Of a stretch of 54,599 nt of DNA, positions 29,742 to 37,922 are shown in pieces. Origin of the DNA: a virus (lineage: Duplodnaviria > Caudoviricetes); IMG/VR virus record IMGVR_UViG_3300032224_000681, positions 1 to 54,599 of that record; one strand, given 5' to 3'. The notes beneath the pieces are model-generated. The model made no database searches. It saw nothing but the letters and a program-made list of their open reading frames with translations, and was not told the DNA's origin. A program made the translations under genes and the position numbers. The first letter of the stretch is position 1; every line of letters starts with the position of its first letter.

Positions 29742-30671
29742 ATGAACTTCTACGATGCCCTTGTCGCGCAGGCGCGACCTGTATCCGTAGAACCATCTGA
29801 GACTTCCTACTTTACAAGACCAGGAGCAGGCTTAGACCCGCGGCTATTCCGCGATGGCAGACTTATCCCATCTGTACGCTCAATGGTATTGCGTATCCTA
29901 ACCGAGCATTTAAATCAGCATTTTAAAAACCCAACAGCCTATACCCATGTTTGGTTGGCAGGCTCAGCAGTCTCATATCAATGGTCAGCAGCTCGTAAGC
30001 CAGCAGACCTAGACTGTTTGATTGGGGTTAATTATTTACAATTCCGTCAATCTAATCCAGATTACAAAGCACTTAGCGATAAACAGATATCACAGCTGTT
30101 CAACGAAACTTTTCAAGAGCTGCATCCTACAACTAACAACTTTCTAGATTCCTATGAACTTACATTCTATGTTAATGTTCAATCCGATATTCGTTCCATC
30201 AAACCTTACGCAGCATACTCACTGACTAACGATGATTGGACTGTGCAACCAGAACTTAAAGGTGCACCCTCTAACAAGCAGTGGGATAGAAAAGTAGAGT
30301 CTGATAAGTCAATGGCGTTAGAGATACTTTCACGATACTCACGTGCATTAAGTGATATCGGAGCAGCAACTACAGACACAGCAAGACGCAATGCTGAAGC
30401 TGCATTAAAACTTGCAGTAGAACAAGGTGCTTCTTTATTTGAAGATATACATCATGGTCGTAAATACGCATTTAGCCCTAGTGGACAAGGCTATGCAGAT
30501 ATACATAATTACCGTTGGCAAGCGGGCAAATCATCTTGTACTGTGCAGGCATTAAAGCAATTGAAAGAGATTGCTACTATGACTAAACAGCAATTTGAAG
30601 AGCAAACCTATGGACAAGAACTGCCATCTGCCGATACGCTTATCAGACGTGCATTAATTAATAAACGTTAA
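29742..30671 (+). CDS. Pol-beta-superfamily nucleotidyltransferase-like protein
   Basis: VWLAGSAVSY...ADLDCLI (GS plus DxD); third acidic residue in ELTFYV. Confidence 0.75.
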   Translation: MNFYDALVAQARPVSVEPSETSYFTRPGAGLDPRLFRDGRLIPSVRSMVLRILTEHLNQHFKNPTAYTHVWLAGSAVSYQWSAARKPADLDCLIGVNYLQFRQSNPDYKALSDKQISQLFNETFQELHPTTNNFLDSYELTFYVNVQSDIRSIKPYAAYSLTNDDWTVQPELKGAPSNKQWDRKVESDKSMALEILSRYSRALSDIGAATTDTARRNAEAALKLAVEQGASLFEDIHHGRKYAFSPSGQGYADIHNYRWQAGKSSCTVQALKQLKEIATMTKQQFEEQTYGQELPSADTLIRRALINKR

Positions 30672-30692
30672 TAACAACAAGGAGCACTAATC

Positions 30693-31154
30693 GTGGCAAT
30701 TTTATTATTTATGGAAGGCGTTCTACGCAACGAAAAACACTTTCCTATTGCTGATGGACTTGCTCTATATAAGATTCTAAAAGAAAAAAACAGAGTCTTG
30801 GTCATGTGTGAAAACAAAGAAAAAAGCGACCACTGGCTACGCCAGCAACGCATTAACAACATGGATGACCTAGTAGATATTGCTGATGTACCAGCGCCAG
30901 GAGATTTCCCTAAACTACGTCAGGTAGAATGGGTAAGGTCTCAAGGCCCAGTGGAGTATGTGATAACATCCGACCCAGAATTAACATCTAAATTATTAGA
31001 AAAGGGTATTACCACATTAGTTTTCCTTAACCCAACCTATGCAAAAGAAGAATTTAGACCAGATAGCCGTAAAGGCGTTCGCTCATGGTCTGAGATAGTT
31101 ACAGAACTAGAACGCCAACAGGACCAATTTCAGGAGGATGAACGATTACTATGA
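30693..31154 (+). CDS. HAD-fold-like protein (motif I degenerate)
   Basis: ILLFMEGVLR resembles hhhDxDGVL but lacks the Asp nucleophile; PIADGLALY; AAGGAG RBS. Confidence 0.5.
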   Translation: MAILLFMEGVLRNEKHFPIADGLALYKILKEKNRVLVMCENKEKSDHWLRQQRINNMDDLVDIADVPAPGDFPKLRQVEWVRSQGPVEYVITSDPELTSKLLEKGITTLVFLNPTYAKEEFRPDSRKGVRSWSEIVTELERQQDQFQEDERLL

Positions 31155-31624
31155 GATTAACATTTGAACCACTACCAGACGACTCTAAAATAATTTACAC
31201 TGTCGCTAGTTGGAATCAGGCTTATTGGGGTACTCAATACCCAGACATCTTTGATGGTGATGACTTCCAGGCTACCTTTGAGGAGCATGCTAAAAATAAA
31301 GAAGGTCTGCCACGTACCTATATTGCAAAGTTAAATGGGGAATTAGCAGGGGTTATATCTATAGAATCAGAGCCAGCAATGGATGATTGGGATTTTAATC
31401 CATGGGTGGGCAATCTGTACGTAGCTGAAGACCTACGCAACCAGGGCATCGGCAACTATCTATTAGAGATGGCTTTAATTAAACTAAAAGAACTTAAATA
31501 TGAAAAAGCCTATATTTGGACTGATGCTTCCAATGAAGAGTATTACACCCGCCGCCTCTGGACAGCTGTAGCTGGGACGGAACTAGGCGAACGACGCATT
31601 TTGGTATTTGAAAAGACCTTGTAA
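31151..31624 (+). CDS. GNAT-family acetyltransferase
   Basis: PWVGNLYVAEDLRNQGIGNYLL acetyl-CoA motif A. Confidence 0.9.
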   Translation: MRLTFEPLPDDSKIIYTVASWNQAYWGTQYPDIFDGDDFQATFEEHAKNKEGLPRTYIAKLNGELAGVISIESEPAMDDWDFNPWVGNLYVAEDLRNQGIGNYLLEMALIKLKELKYEKAYIWTDASNEEYYTRRLWTAVAGTELGERRILVFEKTL

Positions 31625-33079
31625 ATGCGGATTATATATTTGGGATGTGAGATTCCAAGTAACCGCACCCTGCTAGAGTCGACTACAGCTAACCATGTGG
31701 GCCTGAGCTTCTATGGCCTGGTAAAGCGCGGATTACCTAAAACCAAAGAATATCTATTAGAGAATTACTTTTCTAAAGATTCCTATATTTATGTATACCC
31801 AGGGCTACCCAAAAACATCAACCTGTCCAGGGTAGAGCTCGAGGAGTTCGCTGCCGCCTATGAGCACATGATTGCCATGAACATAGACCGCATATCTATA
31901 TTTGCTGAGATTAATTCCGCATTTGTTGACCCAGCCTTTGTGGAGGAGCAGCGCCGCACAGCTTGGGCCCAGGTGCCGCCAAGTAAGTTTTTGCCCGTTT
32001 GGAATCCTGAATCTAAGTTAGAAACCCTAGAAAAAATGGGAGATGACTACCTAGACATAGGCATACCAGGCGATGTGCTGGACGTAGAGACCAGACTGGC
32101 GTCAGTTACAAGGCGTATGGCTAAGCGCGATGGAAGTCGCTTCCATGCGCTAGGCTGTGCCAAGCCAGACAACCTACGCTCTGTGCCCTTTGAGACTGCT
32201 AGTACCCTCTCATGGCTATCGCCAATGATGCATGGGGAAACTATCGTCTGGGATGGTACAAGGCTCATGCGCTATCCCAAGCGCATGAAAGACCAAGCCC
32301 GCTCACGCTATAACCATGTGTATGAGAAGGCTGGCATAGACGCAGATAAAATTGCTGAAGATGACCCACAAGAAGTGTGTCGCCTTGCAGTGTGGTCATA
32401 CGAACAGTTCGAGGTTAGGATAAACAAAGTGGGCGATTCTTATCATGATAATAACGATGAAACTAACATGGTAGATAGTGCGGAAGTAGCCACTACCAAT
32501 GCTGATAATAAGGGTATCCAAATGCGGAAACTTAACCCACGAAATCCAGAAGAAATGGGAAATTTACCCGTCTTTGGATACGAGGTAAAAACCGAAGTTG
32601 ATGCTGATGGAGTCATATCAGATACCACTCATGTGTCTTCACAAGCAACTTCAATTAGAGCATGCGATACATGCTTTATTGCTTCTAACTGCCCTGCTTA
32701 CAAGCCTCAATCTGCCTGTGCTTTTAAGTTACCTATCGAGGTAAAGACTAAAGACCAACTAAAGAGTCTTATCAATTCAATTATAGAAATGCAAGGACAA
32801 AGGGTCGCTTTTATGCGTTTTGCTGAAGAAATGAACGGTGGATACGCTGACCCTAACGTTTCTCAAGAGATTGACCGCCTGTTCAAACTGATTAAAACAA
32901 CCAAAGAATTGGATGACTCACGTGAGTTTATTCGCATGACTGTGGAGCGCCAAGGCTCTTCTGGTGTGCTATCTTCTATCTTCGGAGACAAGGCTCAAGC
33001 CTTAAAAGAACTCCCTGAAGGTGGGTTAAATGAAATCCAGACAACCAAAATAATCAAGGATTTAACCGAAGATAATTAA
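31625..33079 (+). CDS. tRNA-guanine-transglycosylase-like TIM-barrel protein with C-terminal Cys cluster
   Basis: FLPVW, FHALGC, PFETASTLSW resemble the TGT-like H.LG...S.DS.SW pattern; CDTC..C..C cluster. Confidence 0.5.
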   Translation: MRIIYLGCEIPSNRTLLESTTANHVGLSFYGLVKRGLPKTKEYLLENYFSKDSYIYVYPGLPKNINLSRVELEEFAAAYEHMIAMNIDRISIFAEINSAFVDPAFVEEQRRTAWAQVPPSKFLPVWNPESKLETLEKMGDDYLDIGIPGDVLDVETRLASVTRRMAKRDGSRFHALGCAKPDNLRSVPFETASTLSWLSPMMHGETIVWDGTRLMRYPKRMKDQARSRYNHVYEKAGIDADKIAEDDPQEVCRLAVWSYEQFEVRINKVGDSYHDNNDETNMVDSAEVATTNADNKGIQMRKLNPRNPEEMGNLPVFGYEVKTEVDADGVISDTTHVSSQATSIRACDTCFIASNCPAYKPQSACAFKLPIEVKTKDQLKSLINSIIEMQGQRVAFMRFAEEMNGGYADPNVSQEIDRLFKLIKTTKELDDSREFIRMTVERQGSSGVLSSIFGDKAQALKELPEGGLNEIQTTKIIKDLTEDN

Positions 33080-33188
33080 ATTTAATTATCATGATAATAA
33101 CAACTAAATAGGTACGGAATCACACAGTCTGAAAAGGGCTGTAACTCATCGCTAAAATATACGACCCACCCCCACGAATGGAGAACAC

Positions 33189-35222
33189 ATGGCACTATCT
33201 TTCCGACTAGCCGAAGACTTTTTAAAGGAGTACCGTGCTAAACAAGTGCCTTGGGGATACAAGGATGCTGGTGGTAATTCCGTTGGTGAAATTACTTTTC
33301 TCCGCACCTACTCTCGTCTAAAGGCTGACGGAACTAAGGAGACATGGACTGATGTTTGCCAGCGAGTAATCGAGGGCATGTACTCAATCCAAAAAGACCA
33401 CTGCAAATCTCAACGTCTTCCATGGAATGACTCTCGTGCTCAGGCGTCTGCTAAGGAAGCCTTTGACCGCCTGTTTAACTTAAAGTGGACTCCACCAGGA
33501 CGCGGACTCTGGGTAATGGGTACTCCCCTAGTGAATGAACAAAAGAACTCCGCTGCTTTGCAGAACTGCTCTTTCGTATCCACGGGCTCTATGACTAAGT
33601 TAGACCCTGCTAAGCCTTTCACCTTTCTCATGGAAGCATCCATGTTGGGAGTGGGCGTTGGCTTTGATGATAAGGGTGCGGACAAAGACTTCCCTATTTA
33701 CGAGCCTTCTAAAGATGAATCCAACCACCAGTTGTGGGAAATCCCAGATACCCGTGAGGGATGGGTGGACTCTGTTGGCATGCTCATTAACTCTTACTTA
33801 AAACCAGACCAGCCTAGATGGGTATTTGATTACACACTTATCCGCCCAGAAGGAGAACAAATCAAAACTTTCGGCGGCACAGCTGCGGGCCCAGCTCCGC
33901 TAGTTAAGTTGCACGACTATATCTCTACTATATTTGAAGGTCGGGCTACTCAAAAGTTAACCCGTAAAGATATTGCGGATATAGGAAATCTCATTGGCGT
34001 TTGTGTGGTCTCTGGCAACGTCCGCCGCTCAGCGGAACTTCTCATGGGTCGTTTAGATGATAAAGACTTCTTAAATTTAAAGAACCCTGCCGTCTATCCT
34101 GAACGCAACTCCTATGACCCTGCTAAGCCTGGTTGGGCATGGATGTCTAACAACTCTGTCGAGGTAAAGGTTGGGGATGACTTCTCTGGAATCATTGAGG
34201 GAATCTCTCTTAACGGAGAGCCTGGGGTTATCTGGATGGATGTTACCCGTCAATATGGTCGCCTCATTGACCCAATCAACAACAAAGACCATCGAGCTTC
34301 TGGTTACAATCCGTGTGCCGAACAGTCCCTTGAATCATTTGAGTGCTGTACTTTGGTTGAAACTTACCTCAACCGCCACGACTCTATAGATGACTATAAG
34401 CGCACATTGAAGTTTGCATATCTATATGCAAAAACTGTGACACTGCTTCCTACCCATTGGGAAGAAACTAATGCAATCATGCAACGCAATCGTCGTATTG
34501 GAACTTCTATGTCTGGTGTGGCTAACTTTGCAGACCGCGTTGGGCTTCCAACTCTCCGTTTATGGATGGACGAGGGTTATCAGACAATCCAACAGTATGA
34601 TAAGACTTATTCAGAGTGGCTAGGAATCCGCGAATCTATTAAGACTACTACTGTGAAGCCAAGTGGAACTGTATCTATCCTTGCTGGAGAATCTCCTGGA
34701 GTGCATTGGACGCCAGGTGGAGAATACTTTAACCGCGCAATCCGCTTTTCTAATGATGACCCTATGCTACCTCTCTTTAAAGCGTCGGGATATAAAATAG
34801 AAAAGGCGTCGGAATCTCCAAAAACCACTTCTGTGGTCTTCTTCCCTATTCATAGCTCAGCGTTACGCAGCGAAAAAGATGTTTCTATTTATGAAAAGAC
34901 TTCTCTCGCGGCTATGGCTCAACGTCATTGGTCGGACAACTCCGTATCTGTAACTGTATCCTTTGACGCAGATAAAGAAAAAGACGCAGTAGGAACTGTA
35001 CTTCACATGTTTGACGGGCAACTCAAAACCGTTTCCTTCTTACCTATGGGGAACGCGACTTACCCGCAAATGCCATATACACAGATAACTAAAGATGAAT
35101 ACGAGAAATCTACTATGAAGTTACTGCCTATTGACTTTACTGACGTATATGCAGGGATGGCAGCGGATGCAATCGGTGAGAAATACTGCTCAACTGACTT
35201 CTGTGAAGTACCTAAATCATAA
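33189..35222 (+). CDS. nrdJ: Class II (adenosylcobalamin-dependent) monomeric ribonucleotide reductase
   Basis: RTYSR, PPGRGLW, LQNC, GNVRRSAE, NPCAEQSL, TVKPSGTVS, C-terminal CxxxxC. Confidence 0.95.
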   Translation: MALSFRLAEDFLKEYRAKQVPWGYKDAGGNSVGEITFLRTYSRLKADGTKETWTDVCQRVIEGMYSIQKDHCKSQRLPWNDSRAQASAKEAFDRLFNLKWTPPGRGLWVMGTPLVNEQKNSAALQNCSFVSTGSMTKLDPAKPFTFLMEASMLGVGVGFDDKGADKDFPIYEPSKDESNHQLWEIPDTREGWVDSVGMLINSYLKPDQPRWVFDYTLIRPEGEQIKTFGGTAAGPAPLVKLHDYISTIFEGRATQKLTRKDIADIGNLIGVCVVSGNVRRSAELLMGRLDDKDFLNLKNPAVYPERNSYDPAKPGWAWMSNNSVEVKVGDDFSGIIEGISLNGEPGVIWMDVTRQYGRLIDPINNKDHRASGYNPCAEQSLESFECCTLVETYLNRHDSIDDYKRTLKFAYLYAKTVTLLPTHWEETNAIMQRNRRIGTSMSGVANFADRVGLPTLRLWMDEGYQTIQQYDKTYSEWLGIRESIKTTTVKPSGTVSILAGESPGVHWTPGGEYFNRAIRFSNDDPMLPLFKASGYKIEKASESPKTTSVVFFPIHSSALRSEKDVSIYEKTSLAAMAQRHWSDNSVSVTVSFDADKEKDAVGTVLHMFDGQLKTVSFLPMGNATYPQMPYTQITKDEYEKSTMKLLPIDFTDVYAGMAADAIGEKYCSTDFCEVPKS

Positions 35223-35237
35223 ACTAATATAAAAAGT

Positions 35238-35277
35238 AGAGAGCCCCTAGTTACCCGAAAACTAGGGGCTCTCTTTA
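35238..35277. terminator. Terminator at the convergence of plus- and minus-strand blocks
   Basis: AGAGAGCCCCTAGTT-N7-AACTAGGGGCTCTCT. Confidence 0.8.
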
Positions 35278-35369
35278 TTGGGAGAGGCGCAGGTCTATCT
35301 ATCCGAAGGGGTGGGTCATGGATAGCCTTAGAGGAAGCAATGAAAAACCTCTTTGACGCCTATATTAAG

Positions 35370-35528
35370 TTATTTACATTTAACGCAGTAATTAGGTGCG
35401 CGTAGGTTCTCGGGGTAAGTCCTATACATACGACCGCAGTGATAGCAAAGTACCGATACCTCACGGCTATCAGGAAACTCTCTCTTTAATATATAGATAG
35501 GGCTACGGAACTTAAACTTAATCTTCAT
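35370..35528 (-). CDS. Small zinc-ribbon protein (52 aa, not in ORF track)
   Basis: MKIKFKFRSP...CYHCG...YCVKCK. Confidence 0.55.
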   Translation of the reverse strand: MKIKFKFRSPIYILKREFPDSREVSVLCYHCGRMYRTYPENLRAPNYCVKCK

Positions 35529-35633
35529 CGTCTTCTAATTCATCATCATCATAGACATCATCATCTTCAATACTAGGTGAAGGTCTGCCCCACTCAGGGT
35601 CAGGAACTATAGGGTCAAAAGAATATCCCATGA

Positions 35634-35921
35634 TTAAATCTCTCTCTTGTACCCAACACTACCGATAAATAGTGCTGGCTTATCTTTAGCGTCTTTAATA
35701 TCTCCTGCAATCATCTTGCATGACTTTTTAGGGGTTAATGCAATTACCTGTTCTTTAATCCAACGCTTACCTGCGCTAGCGTTACTGAACGCCTCAAATT
35801 GCACATGGTTAGGTTCTACAATTCCTTCATCATAGGTAGTGATAGAACCTAGCCATGCGCCACCTTTATTAAGGTTCTTTACGAGTTTAGCGTCAAATCT
35901 TGCTGATACTTTTTTAGCCAT
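35634..35921 (-). CDS. Hypothetical protein
   Basis: AAGGAG RBS. Confidence 0.7.
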   Translation of the reverse strand: MAKKVSARFDAKLVKNLNKGGAWLGSITTYDEGIVEPNHVQFEAFSNASAGKRWIKEQVIALTPKKSCKMIAGDIKDAKDKPALFIGSVGYKREI

Positions 35922-36342
35922 TTAATTGCTCCTTAGTGATAGGCCAAACATACGGAAGGTTCTCGTCAATCGTAGGAAAATACTTGCGATAGTGCTCGGG
36001 TAACTTCCTAACTAGGTTCGCTTGGTGCGACTTATGGAAGTCGGGGTCGCCTAGCCATGACGGATAGACTACAGGTTCAACGGGGAACTTGTCTAGTAGG
36101 TTATCTACATACCCACGTCTGCGCCACTCAACACAAACTATGCGCCCGTACTCGTACAGGGCAGGGAGATTATCTCTCCACATAAGGACGGCAGGGTGGT
36201 TGCGCCACCCACCTCTCTCTCCGCTCTCTCCATTAAGCACACGCATAATTTGATAAGCCTCAACTCTCTGCTTACCTAATCGGCGCATATCTAATATCTT
36301 TGCGGTTCTCTCAAAACTCTCATACGGCAGGAAGGTCTGCAA
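35914..36342 (-). CDS. Pyrimidine-dimer DNA glycosylase / MSMEG_6728-like protein
   Basis: QTFLPY..LDMRRLGKQRVEAYQI..WRNHPAVLMW..WLG..FHKSHQANLVRK..YVWP; the family starts MQTFLP, so TTG at 36342 is the likely start. Confidence 0.85.
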   Translation of the reverse strand: MQTFLPYESFERTAKILDMRRLGKQRVEAYQIMRVLNGESGERGGWRNHPAVLMWRDNLPALYEYGRIVCVEWRRRGYVDNLLDKFPVEPVVYPSWLGDPDFHKSHQANLVRKLPEHYRKYFPTIDENLPYVWPITKEQLNG

Positions 36343-36366
36343 TCTCTCTCTCTCTCTCTCTCTCTC
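36343..36366. repeat. (TC)12 / (GA)12 microsatellite
   Basis: 24-bp perfect dinucleotide run between AAGGAG and the TTG start on the minus strand. Confidence 0.95.
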
Positions 36367-36368
36367 CT

Positions 36369-36512
36369 TTAGATAGACGCAGGACTCCCCTGCGGTACTA
36401 GGCACATCACGCAAAAGGCTAGTCCAACTGCTACCGCTTCGTCAATATCCATATCGTCGGGTGCAATTAACTCTCCCCTGTCGTATTCAATAAAACAACG
36501 ACCGCATCTCAT
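36369..36512 (-). CDS. Small zinc-binding protein (47 aa, not in ORF track)
   Basis: MRCGRCF...FCVMC; ATGA coupling with the upstream gene. Confidence 0.6.
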   Translation of the reverse strand: MRCGRCFIEYDRGELIAPDDMDIDEAVAVGLAFCVMCLVPQGSPASI

Positions 36513-36961
36513 TTTTCAATACCGAAATCTTCTAGGTTCTCATCAGTAATAGGTGTAGTGGGTTCTAATTTAATCTCCGTACCATATCCCTGATAAATAA
36601 CATTTCCTTCTTCATCTTTAATCATAACTACTTCTCTCGCTGTTGTAATAAAATCTTGTAGGTAGTGGCTATCAACAATAACTTCTACTGTTGCTTTGCT
36701 CTCTCCTTTATATTTAATTCCTTCGGGCAATTCAATAAGGCTATCCCACTCCCCTTCGTTAGCGTATGCGATAGCCGATATGCAGGTATCCACCATTGCT
36801 AGTGGTACGGGTGGGGTAAGGTTATTTTGTAGGTGGTACGCGACGGACTTCCAATAGTCGCTTACTTCCTCTGCTACTTCCTGTTCGTCGTTGATAATCT
36901 CGCCTTCGATAATCTCATTACCTTGTGCGTCGTGACCAATAACCTCATAGTCGTTAGACAT
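36509..36961 (-). CDS. Acidic hypothetical protein
   Basis: AGGAG RBS. Confidence 0.75.
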   Translation of the reverse strand: MSNDYEVIGHDAQGNEIIEGEIINDEQEVAEEVSDYWKSVAYHLQNNLTPPVPLAMVDTCISAIAYANEGEWDSLIELPEGIKYKGESKATVEVIVDSHYLQDFITTAREVVMIKDEEGNVIYQGYGTEIKLEPTTPITDENLEDFGIEK

Positions 36962-37415
36962 GATAGGACACTCCTGTTCTTAGGTTTCTTTGATACATAA
37001 CTTCGGTAATTGTATCCCGTGTTAGACAATTATTACAATCGCATGCTAACGGGTGTCCTTCAATAAGCCTATCTAACTCATCTAATAAGTCTGTTACGTT
37101 CATGCTATCTCCTTTACAATAAGGTTAGCCTTGTGGATAAGGTCGCCGTATTCCTGACGCACCCACTCATCTGCTAACGCTAGGGCTTCCGCGCTTGTAT
37201 CTGTATTCCACGCGGTTGATATATCCGCTACAACTCTTACTTCGTACTTAGGCATATTCCTCTACCTCTCGTTCAATTACGCCTTCTACAATAAGGCTAT
37301 CTAATAGGTCTGTTACATTTCCTAGACGACCTTTTAACTTTGGGTCATTTACTGCGAATCTTGCTTCCTCTATCGCGTTAATCATGGAGTATAGGTTTGC
37401 TTTAGTGTAGTCCAT
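36954..37415 (-). other. Three small coupled ORFs below the track cutoff (36954-37103, 37100-37255, 37248-37415)
   Basis: Stop/start overlaps and RBS-like sequences; MNVTDLLD.., MPKYEVRV.., MDYTKANL.. Confidence 0.6.
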
Positions 37416-37690
37416 TAGTAGTTATCCATTTCTCTATCTAACTCATTTAAGTAGCCTACAATAGGCGGTTCTATATCTAATTCCTGCATTAGTCCATAGA
37501 TACTGTCGTTAGCCTCATCTAGCACCATGCGTTCGTCATGGTAGTCAAGGCTCTCTAGGCGTTCGTCGTCTGCACCACGAAGGTATGCGGTATCCAACGC
37601 TACTCCTAGCGCGGTATCTACTAGGGTTTTCGCGTTCTCGTCACCCTCTAGGTATTTCTTTAGTAGTTCTGTATATAGTGGTACTTTCAT
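37415..37690 (-). CDS. Hypothetical protein
   Basis: Coupled to neighbours; a further 52-aa ORF lies at 37687-37845. Confidence 0.7.
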   Translation of the reverse strand: MKVPLYTELLKKYLEGDENAKTLVDTALGVALDTAYLRGADDERLESLDYHDERMVLDEANDSIYGLMQELDIEPPIVGYLNELDREMDNY

Positions 37691-37922
37691 TTGCTTTTAT
37701 CCTCTAGGTAGAATAAGTAATCTAACGCGCTATCGCATGCGTTCATGCCGTATAGGTCGCCTTCCGCTTCCTCATGGGCTTTTAATCGGGTTAGTAGTTC
37801 TTTTAGTAGTTCTTTGTAATCTATATTTGGGTCTATATATTCCATATTTACTGCCCTTCTGTTTGTGTTGTAGCGGATACCTGCACTTTCAACTGCAAGT
37901 ATCCGCCCGAACGTCTGTTCGC

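Noticed and set aside
2280-34828. Numerous antisense and off-frame ORFs of about 60-110 aa within major genes
   Set aside because: They fully overlap well-supported genes and show no recognisable motifs.
15600-35222. Inteins or introns in polA, recA or nrdJ
   Set aside because: Lengths are normal, frames are continuous, and no splice-junction motifs were seen.
37132-37140. Additional DnaA box TGTGGATAA
   Set aside because: Opposite orientation, inside a small ORF, and without the flank or promoter; probably chance.
37081-37320. Near-identical 17-bp repeat encoding NVTDLLD in two small ORFs
   Set aside because: Only two short copies; most simply local paralogy or chance.
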